A stretch of 64,000 nucleotides of DNA from Candidatus Dadabacteria bacterium (GTDB lineage Bacteria; Desulfobacterota_D; UBA1144; Nemesobacterales; Nemesobacteraceae), in the NCBI GenBank assembly GCA_951812945.1, contig CATOTB010000006.1:77335-141334 (forward strand), given 5' to 3'. Position numbers and translations under genes: made by a program. Under the pieces are notes generated by a model. It made no database searches. It had not been told where the DNA came from and saw only the letters and a program-made list of their open reading frames with translations. Numbering within the stretch: position 1 is the stretch's first letter; the number at the start of each line of letters is the position of its first letter. Positions 1-8,100 of this stretch are shown here, one piece after another.

Positions 1-330
1 CCCTACATTGCTGATCTTCCCGATATCGTTTTGCCGGAGAAAGAGCTTGTCTACACGAAAATGGAATCCCTGATCAGGCATTTCGTTCTGGTTTACAACG
101 GTTTCGAGACTCCTCCGGGGGAGATATACCACGCCGTGGAGAACCCCAAGGGAGAGCTTGGTTACTACATAGTAAGCGACGGTACGGGAAAACCCTACAG
201 GATGCGGGTTCGTGGGCCGTCGTTTGTGAACCTGCAGGCCCTTCCAGATATGGTAAAGGGGGGATTTGTCTCCGATGTCGTTGCTGCGATAGGCAGCATC
301 GACATAGTGCTCGGGGAAGTCGACAGGTAG
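1..330 (+). CDS. nuoD: NADH-quinone oxidoreductase subunit D, 3' partial (the gene begins upstream of the window)
   Basis: Reading frame is open from position 1. The C-terminus ...[12 protein letters not shown] matches the conserved NuoD/Nqo4 C-terminal end. Stop codon at 328-330. Confidence 0.8.
   Translation, partial: PYIADLPDIVLPEKELVYTKMESLIRHFVLVYNGFETPPGEIYHAVENPKGELGYYIVSDGTGKPYRMRVRGPSFVNLQALPDMVKGGFVSDVVAAIGSIDIVLGEVDR
296..323 (+). repeat. Direct repeat copy 1: the 3' end of nuoD (gcatcgacatagtgctcggggaagtcga)
   Basis: 28-nt exact match to 1080-1107. Read directly from the sequence. Confidence 0.9.
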
Positions 331-404
331 GAGTGAGGAGAAAAGACCTGCTTCTTCCGTTTTCTTACATTCTTCCGAAGTGCCTTGACACGACATGACC
401 GGTC

Positions 405-656
405 ATGAATACTGGTCATATGACAACCATTAATGCATCTGATTTCAAGGCACGGTGCCTGGCCATCCTCGATCGCGTTCATGAGACCGGCGAACGGGTG
501 GTTATCCTGAAGCGTGGTAAGCCAGTTGCAGAGCTGTCACGTGTGGTCAGCGAGGGAAACCGGTATCCTCAGAGTGAACTGGAGGGGACGGTCATCATAG
601 CTGGCGATGTCATGGAACCGGTGTTTCCAGAGGAGCAGTGGGACAGCCTGAAGTGA
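405..656 (+). CDS. Type II antitoxin, Phd/YefM family
   Basis: 83 aa, ...TINASDFKARCLAILDRVHETGERVVILKRGKPVAEL..., a typical Phd/YefM N-terminus. Overlaps the downstream PIN-domain gene by ~19 nt. Confidence 0.7.
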   Translation: MNTGHMTTINASDFKARCLAILDRVHETGERVVILKRGKPVAELSRVVSEGNRYPQSELEGTVIIAGDVMEPVFPEEQWDSLK

Positions 657-1054
657 AGAATGTGTTGCTCGACACACATATCCTGCTGTGGTGGCATGGA
701 GACCGCCGTCGGCTGTCTCGGGATCAACAGGACGTTATTGCGTCTGCCGACGCAGACTCGCCGTTGCAGGTATCCGATATTTCGCTTTGGGAAGTGGCGA
801 CGCTGCACAGTCTGGGTCGTATTCGCCTGAAGATTCCCCTCCGGGAATGGTTGGAGAAAGCGGTTGCACCTCCGCTGGTGCGGCGACATGGCATCTCCCC
901 GGCGGTAGCGGCCGAGTTAGTGTCGTTGCCGGATTCCTTTCATCGCGATCCGGCAGACCGCATTCTCGTGGCGACCGCCCGTGTGCTCGGCGCGACGCTT
1001 CTGACTCAGGACCACAGAATCGTCGAAGCTGAACTGGTTGACACGCTGAGCTGA
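638..1054 (+). CDS. vapC: PIN-domain toxin, VapC family
   Basis: 138 aa with the conserved acidic PIN residues (LLDTHILLW ... DPADRILVATA ... LLTQD). Translationally coupled to the upstream antitoxin. GC-rich. Confidence 0.75.
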   Translation: MGQPEVKNVLLDTHILLWWHGDRRRLSRDQQDVIASADADSPLQVSDISLWEVATLHSLGRIRLKIPLREWLEKAVAPPLVRRHGISPAVAAELVSLPDSFHRDPADRILVATARVLGATLLTQDHRIVEAELVDTLS

Positions 1055-1079
1055 TATCGAGGTAAGCGGGTCGGCGGCG

Positions 1080-1107
1080 GCATCGACATAGTGCTCGGGG
1101 AAGTCGA
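1080..1107 (+). repeat. Direct repeat copy 2 of the nuoD 3' end. Stays in frame through a stop and encodes ...[12 protein letters not shown]
   Basis: Exact 28-nt copy of 296-323, followed by ...tcgctga. Lies immediately downstream of the Phd-VapC module. Confidence 0.9.
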
Positions 1108-1247
1108 TCGCTGATTAAATTAGGAAAAACTGCCGCAACCTTTGGGTTGTTTACGTCTCTCTCCGTTGGCCGCGTGCTCATTTGACGCAATCTCGGAACA
1201 CCGGCTACTCTTTACGCCAGCGATGAAACCTGATTGGGAGGTTCAGC

Positions 1248-2996
1248 TTGGCGTCAACCCCTACAAACGACCACATCCGCTACGAGCCGGATGAGAAGTG
1301 CACGCCGCTCTCGTCCTTCGTCGTCGGCATACAGGGCATCGTGCTCGTGCTACCGCTTGCGGTTTCGATAGTGGTTATCAATGTTCTGGCGACCGGCCAG
1401 GACGAAGCATACCTGACCTGGTCCGTATTCTCGGCGCTGATAATCGTCGCGATAGTCACCGCGCTGCAAGCCTCCAGGATAGGTCGATTTGGCGCGGGGC
1501 ATCTGGTCGTCATGGGAGTGACGCCCAACTACATCCCGCTGTCGGTGCTCGCCTTGGATGAGGGAGGGCCAGCGATGCTGGCCAGCCTGATGGTTGTGTC
1601 CGCGTTCTTTTTCTTTGCGATAGCGACAAGGCTTCCGCAACTGCGGCGCGTGATAACGCCGACTGTGTCAGGCACAGTTCTTATGCTGATAGCCGTGATG
1701 GTGCTGCCCATCTGTTTGGATCGATTCGGGGAAGTACCGGAGGGTGCGCCGACATCCGCTGGGCTGTGCGTAGCTTTGGTAACGCTTGTGGTATCCACGG
1801 CGCTGATGCTGCGCGCCCCGAGGCGCTGGCGTCCGTGGTCCATACTGATCGGATTTGTGTCCGGCTGCATGGTCGCTGCCCTGTTGGGAGTGTACGACCT
1901 GGAGCCACTGTACACAGCACCGTGGGTCGGCATTCCCCAAGTCGGTTTCCAGGGATTGGACCTTACACTGACTGCCGGATTCTGGGCGCTGCTGCCGATG
2001 TTCTTGATTGTCACTCTGGTGCAGGCGATCAAAGGCATTGGAGACAACGTGGTGATTCAGCGGGTGTCGCGGCGCAGACCGAGGACGACCGATTTCCGGC
2101 TGCTGCAAGGTTCGCTCTACTCAAATGGGGTGGGTGTTTTGCTGTCGGGTCTTGCCGGAACGCCTCCTGCATCGCCATATTCGTCATTCACGGCGTCGGT
2201 CGTGAACATGACGGGAGTTGCCGCCCGCAATGTGGGATACGTCATAGCGATCATACTTCTGGGACTGGCATTGCTGCCAAAGTTCACGGGCGCGCTGCTC
2301 ACCATACCCAGTCCGGTGATGGGGGCATTTCTCTTGGTTGCTGTGGGAATATTTTTTGTCGAGGGAATACAGACTATCGTGCGGGACGGACTTGACTTTC
2401 AAAAGACCGTTGTGGTAGGCGTGTCGTTCGCGCTTGGCGCCGGGCTCGAGCAACAAAACATTCTTGAGAACTTGCTGGTGCACCCGTGGGGCACACTGCT
2501 TGGCAACGGCATCACTGTGGGCGCGGCAACGGCGATTGCGCTCAACGCCTTCCTGAATGTGACCAGTCCGCGTTCCAGGAAGCTTGAGATTCGACTGGAC
2601 TTTTCCGACCTGCCACGAATTGATGCCTTCATGCGGGAAGTTGCCGCCGATATGGGCTGGAGCGAGGAGGCGACCCAGCGGCTGCGTTCGGCGGGCGAGG
2701 AGACGCTGTCGAGCCTGTTACAGCCGGACAGCGGATATCCCGCGGATGGTGAGACGGACAAGGCTCCGCGCCTGATCATAGCCGTGCGTCCCGACGGCAG
2801 AGCAGCGGAGATGGAATTCATCTCGACGCTTGAGGACGAGGAGAACTTGGAGGACCGTCTTGCGTATCTGAATGAAGAGGACGAAAGCGTGGATGAGAGG
2901 GAAATATCGTTCCGCCTGCTGCGTCATTATGCTTCATCGGTGCGCCACCGGAAATATCAGGGGATGGATGTCGTTGCGGTGCGGGTCCAAGCGTAA
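1248..2996 (+). CDS. NCS2/SulP-fold (APC superfamily) permease with a ~150-aa C-terminal cytoplasmic extension (STAS-like or other regulatory domain, unresolved)
   Basis: 582 aa. TTG start preceded by GGGAGG. The N-terminal ~430 aa is polytopic membrane protein with a G-I-Q-G...PNYIPLSV pattern reminiscent of xanthine/uracil (NCS2) permeases. The C-terminal tail is soluble and acidic. GC-rich, inside the island. Confidence 0.55.
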   Translation: MASTPTNDHIRYEPDEKCTPLSSFVVGIQGIVLVLPLAVSIVVINVLATGQDEAYLTWSVFSALIIVAIVTALQASRIGRFGAGHLVVMGVTPNYIPLSVLALDEGGPAMLASLMVVSAFFFFAIATRLPQLRRVITPTVSGTVLMLIAVMVLPICLDRFGEVPEGAPTSAGLCVALVTLVVSTALMLRAPRRWRPWSILIGFVSGCMVAALLGVYDLEPLYTAPWVGIPQVGFQGLDLTLTAGFWALLPMFLIVTLVQAIKGIGDNVVIQRVSRRRPRTTDFRLLQGSLYSNGVGVLLSGLAGTPPASPYSSFTASVVNMTGVAARNVGYVIAIILLGLALLPKFTGALLTIPSPVMGAFLLVAVGIFFVEGIQTIVRDGLDFQKTVVVGVSFALGAGLEQQNILENLLVHPWGTLLGNGITVGAATAIALNAFLNVTSPRSRKLEIRLDFSDLPRIDAFMREVAADMGWSEEATQRLRSAGEETLSSLLQPDSGYPADGETDKAPRLIIAVRPDGRAAEMEFISTLEDEENLEDRLAYLNEEDESVDEREISFRLLRHYASSVRHRKYQGMDVVAVRVQA

Positions 2997-3039
2997 CGAC
3001 GGCTTGGATTGGCGAGCCAGCGCAAGGGAAAGGTCGAGT

Positions 3040-3945
3040 TTACGTAGTGATAATCGGCTCGATGAACTCAAGCATGGACTTGACGCATTCCTCTGGCTTT
3101 TCCAAGAGAAGAAGGTGCGTAGCGTCAGGCAGGAAGTCGTAGTCTACGGAGGACATATCACTCAGGTCGAGTGTTGGCAGGTATGAGTATGGCAAGGTCG
3201 GGTCAGCCCCGATGACCTTTGTCGGGCAGAGGAGCGACTGAAAGTCCACGAGTACGGCAAAGGCGCTTGCGTACTCTATTATCTGCGCCTGGTACTCAGG
3301 AGGGCAACAAGGTTCATACCCCTCTCCATTCTCACGCTCACGCAGGGTTGTTCTTGCATAAAGATCGAATACCCCGGGCACCACATGCTGGAAGGCTGGA
3401 ATGTAAGGAAGAATGTCCGCAAGTTCTTGCATGGTTTGAAATCGACTCGTGCTTTGACGGATACCTTTGGCCATACGTTTTGCGATATCTTCATAATCCT
3501 TAAAGCTCCGGCCAGGCTTGCAGAGAGGCGGGTCGAACAGAACCCGCGCTGCAAAGTCGCTGCCTTTTTTGGGTGATAGCAGAGTCGCCAGAGCCGCAAT
3601 TGAGTGGAACATGCCTATTCTGGGCTTTGCTCCATAGTGGCGGTCGATAGCCTCAACAATGGTGTCGTTGTCCTGAACCAATGTTGGAAGGCTATGGTTT
3701 TGAAGATCGCCTACCGGATTCCATCCATGGTTTCTGAGATCGTAGATTATTAGGTCGAAATCATTGGTCAGGAGCGACCAGAACGGATAATACAGGTCGA
3801 CTGCGAGGCCGTTGCCGTGGCTCATAACGAGTCGCGGTCCTGACGGATTTCCATGTTGCCGCAGCGTAATGACGGTTTCGTCGTCCACGCGGACATCGTG
3901 GGTGGAAAGCGGCTCAGGTAACTCCCATACGATTTCTGTAGTCAC
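3040..3945 (-). CDS. Alpha/beta-hydrolase fold protein, possibly a product-release or tailoring hydrolase of the PKS cluster
   Basis: 301 aa. An HG oxyanion motif (MSHGNGL), an HGWNP motif, and a nucleophile-elbow-like GMFHSIAA with a non-canonical F in the small-residue position. Overlaps the upstream PPTase gene by 4 nt, suggesting translational coupling. Confidence 0.55.
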   Translation of the reverse strand: MTTEIVWELPEPLSTHDVRVDDETVITLRQHGNPSGPRLVMSHGNGLAVDLYYPFWSLLTNDFDLIIYDLRNHGWNPVGDLQNHSLPTLVQDNDTIVEAIDRHYGAKPRIGMFHSIAALATLLSPKKGSDFAARVLFDPPLCKPGRSFKDYEDIAKRMAKGIRQSTSRFQTMQELADILPYIPAFQHVVPGVFDLYARTTLRERENGEGYEPCCPPEYQAQIIEYASAFAVLVDFQSLLCPTKVIGADPTLPYSYLPTLDLSDMSSVDYDFLPDATHLLLLEKPEECVKSMLEFIEPIITT

Positions 3946-4715
3946 TGGTAAATTCCTCGTCTTTCTGACACGTTACAGTTCAGTTGCTGTAATGACTGGT
4001 CGCCCAATTGGGACGGGGGAAGCTCATGTGCGATGGCTGCTGAGAAATCCTCGTTGCCAATGTATTCGACGCGCCAGTGCACTTCCGGCAGATGTGGGAA
4101 GCGAAATATGCTTATTCTCTCCTGATGCAAGGCTTGTGGCACTTCGAACTGAGACACATCAAGGGTAAAACCTAGGCCAAGAGCCTTGACGAGGGCTTCC
4201 TTGATGGTCCAGAGTCTGAAGAACAGTTGAACCCTATCCGATCCACGTGCACATGCAAGGGCGGACTGTTCATGAGGACCAAACACGGCTTCGCTCAGTT
4301 CGTCAAAATCCCTTCGGGAGACGCGCTCCTCTACATCCACGCCCAGCCGTCCATGGGGAACAAGAGCTATCAAGCCATGCTTTCTGCTGTGACTGAGGTT
4401 GAAACTGATGGCTGCCGGTTCCCCGTCTACTAGCGCAAACGGCTTTCCATAGTCAGATGAGCCGAAGCTGAGGCGTTCATTGCTGCAACCGAGCTGGCGA
4501 CAGAGGATAGACCGAAGCGCAACACGACACAGAGCAAACCTGCGACGAGGACCTGGGAGCGGATATTGGCGACAGCGCGCCTGCTCTTCCTCATTCAGCC
4601 ATAATAAAGATGATGCCTCACGGCTGGCATTAGGCCTCAGGTCTACATGTATGATGGTAACGGGACCAGCTTTATGGAAGAAACTCCACAAGCACCTTGC
4701 AGCAGAAGTGGACAT
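3942..4715 (-). CDS. 4'-phosphopantetheinyl transferase, Sfp type
   Basis: 257 aa. The two Sfp signature motifs are present (LGVDVEE and WTIKEALVKALG). Sits between the ACP and hydrolase genes of the PKS operon. Confidence 0.8.
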   Translation of the reverse strand: MSTSAARCLWSFFHKAGPVTIIHVDLRPNASREASSLLWLNEEEQARCRQYPLPGPRRRFALCRVALRSILCRQLGCSNERLSFGSSDYGKPFALVDGEPAAISFNLSHSRKHGLIALVPHGRLGVDVEERVSRRDFDELSEAVFGPHEQSALACARGSDRVQLFFRLWTIKEALVKALGLGFTLDVSQFEVPQALHQERISIFRFPHLPEVHWRVEYIGNEDFSAAIAHELPPSQLGDQSLQQLNCNVSERRGIYQ

Positions 4716-4747
4716 CAGATGCCGTTTACCCCTAAAGGAGCGAGGGG

Positions 4748-4993
4748 TTAAGAAGCGTTGGCTTCCAGGTACGCTATCAAGTCTCCAATCGTCGGAATCT
4801 CCCCGGCCTTCTCGGGAAGGAGGGAGACATTGAACTCCTGCTCGATCACTTTGGCGAATGACACTGCGTCCATAGAGGAAACACCCAGGTCAGCAAGGCC
4901 CTTGCCCAGGTCCAGCAACTTGCCTATCGGTTGTCCATCTACCTCCAAGTTTTCGTCTGCAAGTTGTCTCAGCCGCTCTTCAGTTGATGCCAT
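4748..4993 (-). CDS. Discrete acyl carrier protein
   Basis: 81 aa, acidic four-helix-type sequence with DLGVSSMDAV (an LGxDSL-like phosphopantetheine attachment site). Lies 112 nt downstream of the PKS stop on the same strand. Confidence 0.7.
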   Translation of the reverse strand: MASTEERLRQLADENLEVDGQPIGKLLDLGKGLADLGVSSMDAVSFAKVIEQEFNVSLLPEKAGEIPTIGDLIAYLEANAS

Positions 4994-5105
4994 AATATGC
5001 AGTCCTCCTTTTAAGAATTTAAGATATTAGAGCACAATGGTACAATATACAGGTGCTTGGGTCAATCGATTTTTCTCTAGTTTCCTCCGTGACGAGGCAC
5101 CCCAA

Positions 5106-8100
5106 TTACACCCAGTGACGCCTGCGCTGGAACGGATAGGTCGGCAGCGAAATGCGGCGGCGCGACTCCCCGGCGAACATGCCCTCAAAGGAAAGTGCCA
5201 GTCCCGCCTCGTATGCCCCTGCAACCGCTTCCGCAAAACCAGTACTGTCCTCCTCTGAATCCTCGTCGGATGGTCGCATCAGGCTCGCAAGCACGAATGG
5301 TGAGGCGGCAGCTTCCTCTCCGTCCGACGAGTCCGGCCACTGAAGGTTCACCTGCGGTCCCAATACCGCTCCGGGGCCAATCTCCACCACCGTATCCACT
5401 CCCAGCTCGGCAAGCGTGGAAACACCTGTGCCAAACGCCTCAGTTTCGCACGCCTGCGTACGCCAGTACGCCACGTCGAGTGGATTGTCCGCATCCACAA
5501 CTCGCCCCGTAACGCCGCTCACCAGAGTCAGGGATGGAGGTGAGACCGCACTCTCTGCAAATGCCACTTCCAGGCCGTTTAGAGATTGGTTCGGGTCCGC
5601 TCCCGGCAGCGCCGCCATCAGCGTGCCACGAGTCAAGGCAAGGCGCAATCCGTCCTCCAAGGTGAAGACTCCCGCAGCCCACGCCGCGGCAATCTCACCC
5701 GTTCCGTGCCCCAGTGCGACGTTCGGGCGGATCCCAACGCTCGCCCAAAGCGCCGTCAGCGCGCACTCCAATGCATAGAGAGCCGGCTGCGCCCAAGCTG
5801 CATCATTCAAATCGCCCGTTGCTTCGGCGCGCCCGAACATCACATCGAGTAGCGATGCTCCTTTCTCTGCGCGCACCACGGCGTCACAGTGGTCCAAAAC
5901 AGCGCGCACGACCGGCTCGCTGTCGTACAGCGCCTCGCCCATACCAACCCACTGGCTGCCCTCGCCTGTGTATAAGAATGCCACCCTTGTTACAGGCTGT
6001 GGAGCCGGTTTATCAGGCGTAGCGACAGTCTCCGCGAGTTTCGTCAGCCCTGCACGCAGAGACTGCGTATCCCCGAACACTACGGCGGCACGATGGTCAA
6101 AATGGCTGCGTCCGACACTCGCCGTCCACGCTATGTCAGCAAGTGCAGGCGCTTTTGGAGACGACCCGGCAATGTGCTCGTCGAGCCACGACAGGTATTG
6201 TCCCGCCATGTCGCGCAGGGCGCCGTCCGACTTGCCCGATAGCGGCAGGAAACGCACCGTGCGCTCCGTTAGTCCGTCTGTAGCCAGCGGCAGATTCGCA
6301 ACCGGCTCCGGCAGGGAAACGGGCACCGGCAGTGCGGCACCCCTGAGCGACTGCACTCCAGCACTTGCGCTGTCATCCTCTGTCGCGATTCCGTAGCCTT
6401 CCACCACCATATGTGCGTTTGCGCCTGACATGCTGAACGCGCTTACTGCCGCGCGTGGCGGCTTGTCAGAATGGGGTGGCCAGTCGGTTTTTTCAGAAGT
6501 TACCCGCACGGGCAGTTGGTCCCAGTTGATTTGTGGATTCGGCTCCTTGAAATGCAGATGTTTCGGAATGACACCCTGCTTCATCGCCAGCACAGCCTTT
6601 ATCAGGCCGGCAACGCCCGCCGCCGTCTCCAGATGTCCGATATTTGACTTTACGGTGCCTATCAGCAGCGGACAGTCGGCGTCGCGCCCTCTGCCGTACA
6701 CCGAGCTGGCTGCGTGTACTTCAATTGCGTCGCCCAATTGGGAACCTGACGCGTGCGCTTCGAGATAGTCAACATCCGTTCCGGTGAGACCCGCCCGAAC
6801 AAGCGCCGCCTCCATAACACGTTCCTGTGCTGGACCGTTCGGGACGGTCAATCCCGCGCTTGTCCCGTTCTGGTTAACAGCAGAACCCTTGATGACGCCC
6901 CATATTCGATCTCCGTCAACCTCCGCCTCGCTCAGCCGTTTTAAAACGAGCATTCCGCAGCCCTCGCCGCGTACATGACCGTCCGCAGAAGCATCAAAGG
7001 GGTGACACTGCCCGCTCGGCGACAGCATCCCCACATCCAGCATGAATCTGGAAACATCGTGCGACAGAGCCGCATGCACGCCTCCGGCGAGAGCCAGGTC
7101 CACCTCGCCCCGCTGTAGCCCACCAACGGCTTGATGCGCCGCAGCCAATGCTGAGGCGCAGGCCATATCGATGGCCATCGCCGGGCCCTCCAGACCCAGT
7201 GCGGACGCGACCCGCCCGGTGGTGATGCTGGCCGTTGTGCCGAGGTGAATGCCAGTCTTACCGCTGGCCTCAATCACATGTCGGTATTCGCTGCCGGCGA
7301 CTCCGGCATACACCGCGGTGCGGCTGCCCCGCAGGCTGTCGGGAGCGATTCCAGCGTCTTCGACAGCCTCCCAACTCGTCTCCAACATCATTCTTTGCTG
7401 TGGGTCCATCATCCGCGCTTCTATCGGCGCAATGTGAAAGAATCGTGAGTCGAACCACTCGATATTCTCAACAAACGCACCGTGCAGGTGTGTGGTGCCC
7501 TCGGAGTTCGAGTCTCCAAAGGCGTCCCTACGCGGATCGCCAGCCTGGCGTCCGTCGGTCACTGCGTCAGTGCCCGATTCCAGAAGATGCCAGTATTCCG
7601 AAAGGTTTTTCGCGCTTGGGAAGCGGCATGCCATGCCGACTATCGCTATGTCGTCATCCTCAGTAGCGACGAGTGGGCGCGGCGGGGGTGCGGCTGTCTC
7701 GGGTGTTGGAGCCGTCCCATCGTCCCCATCCAGTTGACCGAGTTCGTCCGCCAGATAATGCGCTAAGGTTGTGACGTCGGGATAGTCGAAGACAGCTGTG
7801 TTGGAGACGACATACTCGCCCGCGAATGCGCGGTTGAGCCGGTTTCTCAGTTCTACTGCCATCAATGAGTCCATACCCAGATCGAAGAACCCCACCGTTG
7901 GCGTCGGCGCCGACGGCAGCCGCAGAACTGCCTGTACTTCCCCCTGCAGGAATGACACCAGCATGCCTTCGCGTTCCGCCACAGTCGTCTTCCGCACTCT
8001 GGACATCAGGTCGTCCGCCTGAGCGGGCGAGTCGGCGTCGGCCTCGGGACTGGTGGACAGCAGGTCTTCTAGCAGGGAGGGACGGTCTTCGACAGCCTCC

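Noticed and set aside
688-1190. ORFs 688..1032 (+) and 735..1190 (-) overlapping vapC
   Set aside because: Alternative-frame and antisense shadows of the PIN-domain gene in GC-rich DNA, with no motifs.
1280-2821. Multiple antisense and off-frame ORFs inside the permease gene (1350..1640, 1529..2047, 1668..2108, 1766..2395, 2399..2821)
   Set aside because: Shadows within a membrane-protein ORF whose hydrophobic periodicity is consistent only in the annotated frame.
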